From positions 2,914,001 to 2,978,000 of the forward strand of contig JBLDXI010000007.1 in NCBI GenBank assembly GCA_047495785.1: 64,000 nucleotides of DNA, read 5' to 3'. Source of the stretch: Lepidodermella squamata (lineage: Eukaryota > Animalia > Gastrotricha). Position numbers and translations under genes: made by a program. The notes under the pieces were generated by a model. It had not been told where the DNA came from and made no database searches. It saw only the letters and a list, made by a program, of their open reading frames with translations. This document shows positions 1 through 12,006 of this stretch, piece by piece. Every line of letters starts with the position of its first letter. Within the stretch, counting starts at the first letter, position 1.

Positions 1-2
1 GA

Positions 3-1287
3 ATAAACGGGACCAACGCCGATGTAACCGTTCGAAGCCTGAAGGTCTGGGCACTGAAATCCTCATCATCGACCACAGCGCTGCCAACCACAGCTGCTGT
101 TAGAACTTACGACTTCAGCACAAATACTTCAGATTTTAATATTCCCAACTTGATAGACGGCAATATCATCCCTTTGTTAGTTTTAAGCGATCTTACAACT
201 TGCCAATACATCAGCGCGAAAGTCAGGTATTAAACCTCTCGTTAATACTAGATAGTATTGAAGAGAAATCGTATTTTCTAGATCGCCAGATTACGGAACG
301 CAAATCTTCATCACTTTGGAATTCAAGAGCTTAATCGATATCGATGCATCAGCCAGAGAGATAGAAGCCGGCGCTCAGTTGACAATTCAATGGGCTGTTC
401 GGAACTGTCCCCGAGAGGTCACAGCTCCGAGTGTGAACGAGGCCGATCGCGTATATTCTGTCAATCGCAACGACGTTTGGGTTCCGAGCATGCGATTTGC
501 TAATACGTCATCGGACCTGTACATGGAGAGCATGGCTTGGAAAGAACAAGTCCACATTGCCTACTACCCTACTACACCGAATCGAACGCTGTTTTTCCAT
601 TGGATGCGATTTGGCGTTTTGAACTCAAAGTGCAGGCTGAAGCTGCGCAAGTTCCCTTTCGACTCGCAGCAATGTGATTTCACTTTTGCGCTCGACGAGG
701 CTGATAAATTTCTGTATTTTGGCGGCTCACGATTGGCTTTCGATGGATCGCTTGACAGTGAAATGTGGCGGCTTGACGCTGCATCGAACAAACATGGCAT
801 AACCACCTCCTTGTTGCGTAAGAATGGAACGTCAGGGTACGCAATTTTCACAGTATCCTTCTCTCGAGAGCCTATGCCGTACCTTATCAACAATATGGCA
901 CCTTGCGCTATTATCATGATTCTGGTATTCGGGTCGCTGCTTTTCCAGCCGGACTGTCCTGATCGTCCAGCGTTCTCTGGAACGCTCCTTCTCAGCATGA
1001 TAGTCATACAGTCGGACGTTTTACACAAGATTCCAGAAACATCAGAATCTGTCCTCATGGCTGAGTATATTCTGATTTTATGTGGGATCAGTGGAATGAT
1101 CACCATGTATGCTGCGATCATGTTTGCTGCAACTTCTAGATACGATTTCCTTCTGGCTGACGATGGGCGATTTTCAGTTCTGAAAACAGCACTGAGTTAT
1201 GCGAGAGCGATTGATGTTGCCACATTTTGCTTTTGCATCGACATTTTCCTTGTTCTCAACGTGTACGCATCGATGGTTGTATTGTAG
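3..1287 (+). CDS. Cys-loop ligand-gated ion channel subunit, 5'-incomplete; exons <3..226 and 282..1287
   Basis: Cys-loop CRLKLRKFPFDSQQC (C-x13-C with FPFD), WVP motif and four TM helices. A 55-nt GT..AG intron (227-281) joins an open upstream frame in phase, so the TTG start at 316 in the ORF track is not the real start. Confidence 0.9.
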
Positions 1288-1484
1288 AGAGGTGAAAGGT
1301 GTCATCATAACCGGATAACTTCGTTGTTTCATGAGAACTCTGAGAAATTTGACACAGTGTATGTAAAAATTGCTCTCGCAACATGATGATATTTCGTGAC
1401 GTTGTAATTCTTTCATGTCACTTGTCCGGTACTTCATTAGACCGAAGATTCAGACTTAAGTGGGAGCTGATGTTTTAAAGTTTA

Positions 1485-2745
1485 AAGCCTAGACAAACTA
1501 ATGCAGTTAGCATGTAACGATTACTTTGCCAACTTTCAAAGTGATGACTGGGATGAGTTTGGCTTGAAAGATACCTAGCATGCCCTTTTAACCCTCCAGC
1601 GCCCACGGATGCGCGTGTCTATGTGCGCGTATACACTCAAAGGCGTTTTTCGGTGATTTGGCGTGTTTACACGTCCGACTTGGACGCGTAAACCCGCTTT
1701 TTCAAAAACTCGACGTCTATGACCGCAAGTTGCGAAAAAATTTACCAAAACGTCTCAACACGCTAATGAGGCGTCTTCACACGCAAAAATTTAGGCGTCT
1801 AAACACGCCCGTATGCTAATTTTATTCATGATTTTGGCCATTTTTATTCGGAAATCGCAGGAATGCCAACGACCTTCGCTAAAATCAACAATAATCAATC
1901 ACTCAGCTTGCAAATTAAAAAATTAAATTAAAAATGATAAAAATTAATAGTTCAGGTTTTCATTGATTAGTGATTGAATTGGCAAGGTAGCGCGCGATGT
2001 CGAAATCAGGCCGCTTGCGCAATCAATTTGATTGTTTTCGGTATTGATACCCAGCGCGGTATTCAGCAGGTTCACCTTGTGCTCTTGCGCCAGAAGCCGT
2101 GGAGATGCCAGTTGAATTGCCAGAAAAAGATCAGAATATCTCAAAAACTAAATATCGATGAAACTCTGATTTTTTCAATGCATTCAGCGCGAGTTTTATA
2201 GCTATTTTTGCCCTAGTTAATGTCTTGGGCGTCTTGTGACGCAACATTGTTCGCGTGTGAACACGCACAAGCTGTGTGACCATTGTGGCGTTTTAAGACG
2301 CCAACTTTGCGTGTTAAGACGCACCATAAGCGTGTAAACCAGCGATTAGGCACTTGCCAGCTTTGCGTCGACAGAGGGCACAGGTGTTTCAGCAAAATTT
2401 TTTTGAGGTCGATATTTTTCATCACAATCATAGTGAAATAAATTATCAGGTGAAAAGAAAAGGCTGATTGATAAAATCTGAATTTGTCGGGTATTAAAAG
2501 TGAAAAACGCGTGTATACACGCCGTGGGCGCTGGAGGGTTAATGAAGAAGTGTCGTCGGATATTAGGAAACAAGTTTTTGAAGCGATTGAAAATTCTAAA
2601 TTTCAAGAGTTGATTCCGAGAATGTCTTTCGAAAATATCTCGATCGGTCTTATTCGTTGCCTTAGTTTAATGCTGTTCAATGATATTGATCTCGTGACAA
2701 AATTTGGCGAAAAATCGCATTTCGATTTACTTAAGCAGACCTTAA
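1485..2745 (+). pseudogene. Fragment of the TPR/helical-repeat gene, split by a piggyBac MITE
   Basis: 1485-1591 matches about 4434-4535 (CAAAGTGATGACTGGGATGAGTTTG). 2543-2745 continues the match to about 4540-4740 (MSFENxS..LIRCL). It contains stops. Confidence 0.85.
1592..2538. mobile_element. piggyBac-like non-autonomous element
   Basis: 17-bp TIR CCCTCCAGCGCCCACGG / CCGTGGGCGCTGGAGGG, with TTAA on both sides (1588-1591, 2539-2542). It interrupts a gene fragment that is contiguous in the paralog. Confidence 0.92.
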
Positions 2746-2838
2746 TCCACTTCAGCAAACACTTCAGCAAACACTTATAAAAGGTTGAAATGAGTCAATT
2801 GTTCACTGTGCTCCGATTGAAAAGCTGGGGATTTTATA

Positions 2839-3816
2839 CAGTGTGATTCAGAAAGGCCGCCCCAATCACGATCAGTATTTTTTCCTCTTGTTTTTTCCCC
2901 AAAAATTTTCCAAGTCCGCGCGTGCCGACTCGAAAAATTTTTCGCAATAAAATAATAATAGCCAAGAATTAAAATAATAAATCTAAAACAACAGATAAGA
3001 CTATGATGAAATGGCGACTGACAAGAATAGATAGGCAGGATGAAGAAAAATCTCAATAGGAAACAGTTTAGCTTTTGACAGAAGATGCAAAACTACCATT
3101 TCGCATTTTGAAACTCCGAAAAACTACAATGGAAAATTGATAATTAAATGCGGACTATAACTCTAAAAAGCTAAAACTTTCGTTAAACAAATAAGGGAAA
3201 TGCATGGGAGCAGTGCTTGCTGTTCTTAAAAGCACTGAAAAAGCTGTGGAGAAACCTGAAAACAGTTTAAAATAGGACCGAAATTTGATTGATTACTGCA
3301 ATCTTTTCTGTCGTGATTGGCGTGATCGAGTTGATGCTCATGATCGGCGTGATTTGTGTGATCATAGACAACTCTATACAAATGGGAAACTAGCGATCTT
3401 CCTATAGTAAATAAATTCACACCAAAGCGTGAAAAAGTGGGCACGCGACCTTCATTTTTATTCACTCATCGCCCTATCCGCCCATAGTAATTTTTCCGAT
3501 TTTTTAATTATTATCTAAAATTCCCTGAGAAAATTTTTGCTCTATCCAAAGATATAAACAAATGAAGGTCGCGTGCCCACTTTTTCACGTTTTGGTGTGA
3601 ATTTATTTACTATAGGAAGATCGCTAGTTTCCCATCTGTATAGAATTGTCTATGTGTGTGATCGTCATGAAAAAACGCCAAAATTAACGATAACAACACG
3701 CGTTCATTCATCACAAAAAACAGGAAAAACTGATGAATCTGATCCAATTTTTTCTACGGCCGTGTCAAACACGTGCCTGTTTATGATGCGCCGGGCGCCC
3801 TTTCTGAATCACACTG
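2839..3816. mobile_element. Tc1/mariner-type MITE
   Basis: TIR CAGTGTGATTCAGAAAGG / CCTTTCTGAATCACACTG, flanked by TA on both sides. Confidence 0.85.
3363..3654. mobile_element. Nested MITE with ~90-bp TIRs (P- or hAT-like)
   Basis: Termini CATAGAC..GTCTATG, long near-perfect inverted arms and an 8-bp TSD TGTGTGAT (3355-3362, 3655-3662). Confidence 0.85.
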
Positions 3817-3970
3817 TATGTTAAGGTCTCTTTTAGAAGTTTATTAATAATCACACTTGGTGGAAGATATTTAAAAATTCAATCCACTGCCCGCCGTTTT
3901 GTCGAAAATCTGAATTTTCCGCAAACATCGATCGAGAGTAGTCATTTTTCGATACTTTTGATCTGCGAGA

Positions 3971-5986
3971 ATGTCTATTTTTGAACTTGTCTTTGGCAAA
4001 GGAAGCACGCCAGGATCATCAATTGCTAAAGAAAAGCTCCTGGAGCTGAATCAGAATGAATCAAAGTTGGACAATTTTCTCACGGACATTCGAATTCGAG
4101 CTTTTGGGGGCCATCAAGAATTCCAAACTCATAACCAGAAAATCTCAAATTTGATGCGCCTGAGTGAAGTTTTAATGCAGCAAAATCGGTTCGACGACGC
4201 ATTCAAAGCCCTGAGCCAGCTGGACTCAATGTTCGCCTGGTCCGAGTCGTTTTTCAAATTAATGTCAAAAGCATCGCTTGGATCCGGTCATTTAATAAGC
4301 TCCTTTGCGTACTCTTGGGTTTCGAAGACTACTTTCGGCGATGTTGATGCGTTGGCAGTGTGGAGAAAATTAATTTCACGATTAAACAAGAATATTAACA
4401 ATGTGTCCCCGTTTTTTCGAACTGAACTCCTTCGCCTAGACAAACTCCTGCAGTTGGAATGGGAAGATTACTTCGCCAGCTTCCAAAGTGATGACTGGGA
4501 TGAGTTTGCATGGAAAGCTACCAATGCTTGTCCTTCGAACGAAGATGAGTCGTTGGAAATTACGAAACATGTTTTTGAGTCGATTGAAAATTCGAGACTT
4601 CACCAGTTGCTACCGAGCATGTCTTTCGAAAATCTCTCGCCAAGTCTTATTCGCTGCCTTGGTGTGATGTTGTTCAACGATCTTAATCGCGTGTTGAGTT
4701 ACGGCGATAAATCGAATTTTGTCCTATCTCAAGCTGTCATCAACATTCTGGAATCTTTAGCTACGGAAGCTGGTTTCCGAGCGGCAATCATCAAGCCCGA
4801 AGCTTATGGCTTACTTTACAGTAAGATATTACTGACATTTTCTGCAATTGAGAACAATTTCGATGGCTTGAAGATGCAGCAATTTTTCAACTTGAACTGG
4901 GCCGTTAAAAATTTTCTGCTGCATCTTGTAGCAAATCCGTCGCCAGATTTTCTTCGAATTGATTCCAGCTTACAATGGCTTCGGAAAGCTCGTGAAATGA
5001 AGGTCGAGCTTGACATGGAAACTATCGACTTTATTTCTCTTTCTTTGTTAGTTATCGCAAAATCGCCTGATGAATCGATTCGGAACAAAACTTCTTCAAT
5101 GCTGGACTTTGTTGGCACTCTCTTGTCGGATGAAACTATTCTGCCGGCGGTCGCAAAAAATGGGACTTTACCTATGGCTCTCGCTATGTGTTATGACTCG
5201 GCGAATTACAGCTCGATTCAGCACATTTTTACGAAATTTCTAGATGGCCTTGAAAGAGAACAGCGATTAATTTTGTCTAATGACGTGATGTTTGCCGATC
5301 AATTTTTCAAAGCGATTGATTCATTCTATCGAAATGGCGAAAGCGTTGTTTTTCATGGTCAGCCAGCACTTCAAATATGTTACCTACTTCAGGCTGATTC
5401 TGGTCAGACAGGAAATTCATACTTCTCTCAGCTAATTTTCAAGCATCACCAATTGATCAGAAGCCTCTTCACGAAAACGGCATACGGGGCAAGTGTTGGC
5501 CTGCTCCACTCTTTGCTTCGAAGTGCCAAAGTTGAGATTCGCGAAAAATGGCGGAAATATTTTTCAGAAAGAATGTTAACGAAATTGGCGATGAAAGCGA
5601 TGCAGCATTTGATTCATTTGCAAGAGAATAAATTTCCGTTGTCCATCATGAAAATATTCAGTCGAACGCAAGATTTGAGTGTTCTCAGCGAGATTTGCTC
5701 GGTCTCCCCTCATGTCACGCGTGCGTTCACTATGAATCACATTTTGTCAATTATTCGTGTGTTCGATGAAGATTCTAGCACCTACCAAGTTCTTCATCCC
5801 TTTGAGGAAGATTTTTTCCAGGAACGGGATTTGGCCATGGGTGTTTTCCTTGCGACCGTGATTGGCCAGAATGAGGAGATCAAGGCTGGCCTTCTGCGTG
5901 TCAGGTCGATTCTTCGTGGCGTGATTTCAAAAATGGTCAAAGCTTTGCTTGAACTTGAGGAAAAGTCGAATAGCCGATCTTATTGA
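3971..5986 (+). CDS. 671-aa alpha-helical protein with an N-terminal TPR-like motif and an ARM/HEAT-like body; function unknown
   Basis: Long single-exon ORF. LMRLSEVLMQQNRFDDAFKALSQL resembles a TPR hairpin and the rest is amphipathic helices. A paralog at 8194 conserves the protein. Confidence 0.8.
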   Translation: MSIFELVFGKGSTPGSSIAKEKLLELNQNESKLDNFLTDIRIRAFGGHQEFQTHNQKISNLMRLSEVLMQQNRFDDAFKALSQLDSMFAWSESFFKLMSKASLGSGHLISSFAYSWVSKTTFGDVDALAVWRKLISRLNKNINNVSPFFRTELLRLDKLLQLEWEDYFASFQSDDWDEFAWKATNACPSNEDESLEITKHVFESIENSRLHQLLPSMSFENLSPSLIRCLGVMLFNDLNRVLSYGDKSNFVLSQAVINILESLATEAGFRAAIIKPEAYGLLYSKILLTFSAIENNFDGLKMQQFFNLNWAVKNFLLHLVANPSPDFLRIDSSLQWLRKAREMKVELDMETIDFISLSLLVIAKSPDESIRNKTSSMLDFVGTLLSDETILPAVAKNGTLPMALAMCYDSANYSSIQHIFTKFLDGLEREQRLILSNDVMFADQFFKAIDSFYRNGESVVFHGQPALQICYLLQADSGQTGNSYFSQLIFKHHQLIRSLFTKTAYGASVGLLHSLLRSAKVEIREKWRKYFSERMLTKLAMKAMQHLIHLQENKFPLSIMKIFSRTQDLSVLSEICSVSPHVTRAFTMNHILSIIRVFDEDSSTYQVLHPFEEDFFQERDLAMGVFLATVIGQNEEIKAGLLRVRSILRGVISKMVKALLELEEKSNSRSY

Positions 5987-6994
5987 ACCTGGCTGAATGA
6001 TATTCCGAAAATTTACTTCTCCCGCATTTTTGCTGTGCAATTTTTTTTCGATTGATTTTTGAGCTTATTGGAATATCACTCCAATAATATTCTGTATCTT
6101 CACTTTTTCGGCGATTTCAACCCTTTCCCAAATTGTCACTAGCAATTAATGTGTATGCCATATGCCACTGTTCTTTTTTTAGAATTATGATAATCTACTT
6201 TGGGGAACTTGATGATCCGATATCGATGTGATCGCTGAAGTTGACAGCTGAATCCAACACGGCATCGAAATCTGCGGTTCAGGCGGCTAGTTACTATTCT
6301 CTTCAAACGCGTCGATTTTCATCATCCAAGTCAGTGAAAAGCAAATAATAAAAAAGGGTTGGCATCCACTGGAGAGTTCAACCAAATTCATAAAAATGCA
6401 AAATGCGGGTGAAAGATGAGGAATTGCTTGGTATTCAACCAAAGTCTGCCGTAAATCAGGGAATCGAATTTGCCTATAGCAAATGACGTGGACTCTTGAC
6501 TTGATCTTAATCAGTCAAGGAAAGGTGGCATTCTGGTATTTCAATTGCTTATTGCTATTGATCGGATTCAACCCTCATGGTAATGAAAAACGTCTTTCCT
6601 AAGCTATTAATTAGCGCAAAATATTATTATTCACGGTGTGAACAATTGTATGAAAATGTACAAGCTGCCTTCAGTTGTATGTGTTCTACTTCAAGTTTAA
6701 TGTTGATCACTTATTTTCCGCAAAATCGAGGGCGCGTTGTTTGTTGCCATGTCTCATACGGCCAAGTTGGCTGATGCGCCCAAAAAAGCTATCGAAAGGC
6801 TATTTCAGTCTACATTTCAGAAGAAAGATCACGCCATTTTTCTGAAATGGTCGTGCTCAACAACGACTTACTCTGGGATTTAAAGCTGGGATGATCCGCT
6901 TAAATAACGTGATGGCTTCAAAGCAGCGCGAAGTTACCTTTTGGATATAGCACTTCAAAGTTTAACTAAGAATAAAAAATTTCCTGAGCTTATC

Positions 6995-7555
6995 ATGGCC
7001 AAGTTAGCTTTTTCATTTCTACTTCTTTCGATCATATACTTGCTCGAAAACTCTGTCTCGGCTACTCGGGAGGACGATTTCGTTGCGGCTGCTTACAATA
7101 ATGACACAGAAACTTTTTCAAGACTGCTCAGGCAGGGCATCAATGTCGAAGGTCGTTCGAAAGATGGCAACACTGCGTTGAACGCCGCTGCCGCCGCGGG
7201 CAATGTTGAAATAATGGCGATGCTGCTCGACAAAGGCGCGAATATCGAGTCACGTGACCTTGAAATGTCGACCCCGCTTATCAACGCAGCTTTCATGGGC
7301 CGCACCGATGCAGTTGCCCTTTTACTGGATAGAAAGGCTAAAATCGAAGCAGGCGATAAAACAGAGTCTACCGCTCTCATGAGTGCGGCATTCACGGGCA
7401 TGAAGGACACTGTTGAGTTGCTGCTTGCCCGTGGCGCCAATATTGAGGCTAAGGACAAAGACGGGACGACGGCTCTAGCAGCAGCGTACTACGCGAATTA
7501 CATGGATGTCGTCACCTTCCTGATCTCCAAAGGAGCGAATACGCAAAGCAAATAG
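6995..7555 (+). CDS. Signal-peptide + 5 ankyrin repeat protein, copy 1 (186 aa)
   Basis: ATG at 6995 gives MAKLAFSFLLLSIIYLLENSVSA, a signal peptide with an SVSA cleavage site. It is followed by 33-aa repeats such as DGNTALNAAAAAGNVEIMAMLLDKGANIE. No intron. Confidence 0.92.
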   Translation: MAKLAFSFLLLSIIYLLENSVSATREDDFVAAAYNNDTETFSRLLRQGINVEGRSKDGNTALNAAAAAGNVEIMAMLLDKGANIESRDLEMSTPLINAAFMGRTDAVALLLDRKAKIEAGDKTESTALMSAAFTGMKDTVELLLARGANIEAKDKDGTTALAAAYYANYMDVVTFLISKGANTQSK

Positions 7556-8193
7556 TACTGACTGGAAACATTAGAAGATTTTTTAGATTTTAACAGATTT
7601 CATTTCATAGCTTGAAACTGAGCAATGTTGTTAAGGGCTCTTTGATGTTTACCCGCGTTAAAACTATGAAAAACTCGGCTCGAATAGAGGTTTTGAAATC
7701 ATTACCCGTCGGCCCGATCCAACTTTTTTAAGCGACTTGAGTGGTAACTACTGCTCAGGTTCGGTTCATGTAACAGCTGGTAGAACTGTAACCGAGTCGG
7801 GTTCGGTGTAACCACAGGTGCGCAACGCATGTCGAGCTACAAGCGAACCAGCTGCAGGCAACAATTCGCGATACAAACATAGTAAATTGCATTAATTAAA
7901 ACGTTCCTAATTCGGAACAAGCCAGCCAATTTGGTTCATTGGCTCATAGAGGATGTCCATTGTATCAACTTCCTGTGTTGAAAAATACTGTCTCTTTGCC
8001 CTTAGTTTTTATAGTCGAAATTGCCCAAAATTTTCTCAGAATATTGCTTGAATATTGTTTGAACCGTGAACCGTGACACTAAAAATGCACGCCCAAAATA
8101 GTGTCATTTCAATAATTTTGAAGATTTGTTAATAAATTGTCGTGATATTTGTTCTTTGAATACTTATAGTGGCATCTTTTAACTTTTTAGATT

Positions 8194-8606
8194 ATGTCCA
8201 TTTTTGAACTCGTCTTCGGCAAGGGAAGCATACCAGGCTCGTCCATTGTTAGAGAAAAGCTTCTGCAGCTGAATCATAATGACTCAGAAGTAGAAAAATT
8301 TCTCACGGAAATTCGAATTTCGAGCTTGCGGCGGCCTTCAAGAATTCCAAGCTCGTAACCAGAAAATCTCGAATGCGCCTGAGTGAAGTTTTAATGCAGC
8401 AAAATCGGTTCGACGACGCATTTAAAGCCCTGAGCCAGCTTGACTCAATGTTCGCTTGGTCCGAGTCATTCTTCAAGCAGATGTCGAAAGCATCGTTAGA
8501 ATCCGATCATTTAGTCACATCGTTCATGTTTTCAATGATTTCGAAAACCAATTTCAGACGTCATGATCCGCTCATCCAATATGACAAGCACATGGCTGAA
8601 GCTTCT

Positions 8607-8642
<36 letters not shown>

Positions 8643-10252
8643 CCTGCTGCTAAGAGCAATTTTAATCTGTCTTTCCAAGCCGAAGTTGGTCGACTAAGCA
8701 AAATCAGAAATTTAAGTCTTGTTGATTATTGCGCCAACTTTCAAAGCCAACTTTGACTGGGACGAATTCGGTTTCAAAGTCGCCTTAACTATATTTCGTC
8801 TTCCTACAGAAGCAAACGAAGAGTCATTGGAACTTGCCAGGCCTGTTTATGGAGCAATTACATCGACATTTCAGAAGTTGATGGCAAGTTTGTCTTTCGA
8901 AAATTTGTCACCAAGTCTTGCCCGCTGCATTTGTACGCTTTTGTTCAATAATCTTCCGATTTGGCTGAGTTATCAAGAACAGTTGAATTTCGGCATGTAT
9001 AAACAAATTACCGGTATAATTTTGAAATCTTTAGCTACGGAAGCTGGTTTTCGAGCTGCAATCAACAAATCGGTAACCTATTTGCTTCTTTTTGCTTGCA
9101 TTGTCACATTTTGCACGGTTGAAGACGATTTCGATTTGAAAAATCGTGATTTTTCACCATCAGCTGGGCAGTTAAAATCTTGCTGTTGAATATTTTGGCG
9201 CATTCACCGCCTGCCTCCAAGCAAATTCATCACTGCATACAATGGCTTGATAATGCAATTGAAAAAAATGTCGCCGACTTGAGCCCGGAAAGTATCGACT
9301 TGATTTCTCTTTGCTTGGTATTGATCGCTAAGTCGCCGAATGAAAAGGTTCGGAAAACCGGCAGTTCGCTCATTCAGTGTTTTGAAACTCTCATCTCGTC
9401 GGATGAAAATAGACTGCCGGAAATCGTTCGAACGGGGACTCTACCGCTAGCTCTTGCAATTTGTTATGACGCTGCTAATTTCTCCTGGCTTCAACGCATT
9501 TTTTCGTATCTGTTCACTAAATTGGACAACAAACATCGATTAATGTTGGCGAATGACAAAATGTTCGCCGATCGATTTTACAAAACGATTGACGCCATTT
9601 TCCAAACTGATCGGAGCTTTGTTTTCAATGGCCAACTGGCCGTGCAAATTTCTTACCTTATTCAAGCTGATATTTCTGAAACTTGAAATTCGTATTTTTC
9701 TCACCTTGTCCTCGGAAATGATCAATTTATCCGGGACCTGTTCACTAAAACGGCGTATAGGTCCAGTGCTAGCCTGCTGCTCTCGGTGCTTCGATGCGCG
9801 AAAGAGGAAATTCGTGAAAAATGGCGGAAAATATTTGCAGGAAAAACGTTCATGAAATTAGCCGTGAAAGCAATGCAACACTTGGTGCACGAGAAGGCTA
9901 TATTGCTCATGAACTCTCTTTGAGCCAAATTCTCTCGATTTTCCGTGTCTTTGATGACGATGCCAGTAACCAGCCCGTCATTGATCAAACACAGGAGGAT
10001 TTTTTCCAAGAGCGTGACCTAGCAATGGGTGTTTTATTAGCGACCGTGATTGGCCTGAATGACGAGGTTAAGGTCGGCCTTCTTCGAAACAGATCGATTC
10101 TTCGCGGTGTGATTTCTAAAATGATCAAAGCTTTGCGTGAACTGGAGGTGAATTCGCCTGCCGTGATTAAAGTTGACTCACTTCGAACCAAATTGATTGT
10201 TCGCGGTAAAATTTCAAAAATTATCAAAGGTTTGCGTGAACCGCAGCAATGA
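8194..10252 (+). pseudogene. Frameshifted paralog of the 3971 gene
   Basis: Starts MSIFELVFGKGS at ATG 8194. Homology runs through ORF pieces 8373, 8719, 9180 and 9821, with about 6 frame breaks and an internal deletion near 9890. Confidence 0.85.
8613..8650 (+). repeat. (GCT)n microsatellite encoding poly-Ala
   Basis: Nine perfect GCT units plus a degenerate tail; absent from the 3971 paralog. Confidence 0.95.
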
Positions 10253-10814
10253 TCGACCTGCCGGAATATAGCCGGCCCTTGTGAACTTGAAATGATTTGC
10301 GAGAAATATGAATTTTTTGCGGTTGTGTTTTTGATCTCGGCTGTTGGAATAGACAATTCAGTTCTATATCTTGATATCTTCGGTTTTTTCACGTGCTTTT
10401 AATTTCAACTACTTTCTTGTTTAAATGTCATACTTTTCCTTTTACATTTGTTTTGGCTTAAATTATGACTAATTTTAGTTCAGCTCAGGCTGGACTGTTA
10501 AAAGCAACATTTGAATGCAACAAATTGTGAAATAAAAAGTCTTTAAAGGAATGCAATCGTAATGAGTATATAAATTGGCATAAAATCTCAAATTAATACT
10601 CTGGCCCATGAAGACTATGACAAATAAAATTACCGAAACAATTCAATCGCAGTCGCAAGCGGAAGCGGAAGATGAAGACTTCGGACCATTGCCCAAGCGT
10701 CTGAGTTGAAAGCTAATCGCCACAAATCGAAGAAAACTGGTGTTACCGTTATTGTGACGTGAATAATGATGCTGATGTTGAAATAGCTTCAACGCACTTT
10801 TTCGTATTTGTTAA

Positions 10815-11250
10815 CGAAATTGGACAACCAACAAGTGTCAATTGATTTTGGCGAATGGCAACATTTTCACCGATCGATTTGATACATGACTATGTTGAAG
10901 CCTTTTTCCAAGCTGATCGGAGCGTTGTTTTCTGCGGCCAACTGGCAAATTTCGTATTTGTAATTCAGGCTGATTTGGCGGAATGGAGGAATGGATAACT
11001 CGTATTTTTCTTTGTAATACTGTAATAGAGAGCTGGAAAACATGCAAAAGCCGCGTGCCTAGTCCGCAGGAAATTTTTGAGAAATATGGGAAAATTAGGA
11101 AATTTTCTTTCGGGAAATTCAGCAGTTGCATGATTTTGCTTGGAAAGAGTCATTTTGGCATGGAAATGTTGCGAAATTTGAAATTTGGTTCGCAGAAATT
11201 TAGCATGTTATATGAGCTTTTTCTTGGCGACTGTGATCGGCCTGATTGAC
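10815..11250 (+). pseudogene. Decayed 3' fragment of the TPR/helical-repeat family
   Basis: GATCGGAGCGTTGTTTTTCTGCGGCCAACTGGC is similar to 9609-9640, and GCGACTGTGATCGGCCTGATTGAC is similar to 10040-10063. Confidence 0.7.
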
Positions 11251-12006
11251 GCTTCAAATTAGCTTCAAATTCAACATCAAATTAGCTGTGGGAGGAAAAC
11301 TGTTTGAAGTTGGAATCATCATCTAAATCCAACAAATTGTATACAGGATCGATAAAAAGTCTTGTCAAGCCACAACAAAAATTTGCGCCTGCCGCGTAAG
11401 AAATTAAAGAGTTTTCAGAAGTTGTGTTTTCCAAGTGCCATCAGCTGTTCAGACTTCAGACTTGAATAAAATTGAAAAATTTACTGAATAATGAGAAATC
11501 GTTTCGTATTCAATTCGCCCATATTCGACGCAAGACCGAGCCGCAAATTCGAAAATCGATCTTCTATTGCGACTGGTATTCTTTTATATTTTATTTCATG
11601 TAATTCATTGAAACTGGATCGGATTCAATTTTCAGTGTGATGAAGCGACGCCTAAAAATTATTTAAAAAACTGGGTTAATATTTTAAGAAGATTTGCGCA
11701 TTCCTACTCCTCCTCGCTTATTTTTTGTTCGATTATCACCTACTTTGTATGTTGGTTATTGCGGCTGGGCTCGAAAAGTTTTTTTACGACCTACTTCTAA
11801 GCAGAATTGTTGAACTGCTCTATAAGCAGATTAGTCAAAGAAAGACCACGCAAATTCTCTGGAATGGTTATTATGATGAAAAAAGCCTAAACAGGTGGGA
11901 TAATCCGCTTTAATAACCTGATGGCTTTATAACACCGCGAAATTAGCCTGTTGGATGTAGCGCTTGAAAGTTGTTTTCCAAGTATCAAGAATATTCCAAG
12001 CGAAAA

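Noticed and set aside
564-1121. Antisense ORFs overlapping real genes (also 7093, 17999, 31134, 51489 and others)
   Set aside because: These are shadow frames with no motifs or independent support.
3226-3824. Twin ORFs on opposite strands with the same peptide (PTFSRFGVNLFTIGRSLVSHLYR)
   Set aside because: They are an artefact of the inverted arms of the MITE at 3363-3654.
3971-5986. Calling the TPR + ARM-like protein UNC-45 or another named gene
   Set aside because: Only one TPR-like hairpin is visible and there are no recognisable UCS motifs, so no symbol was assigned.
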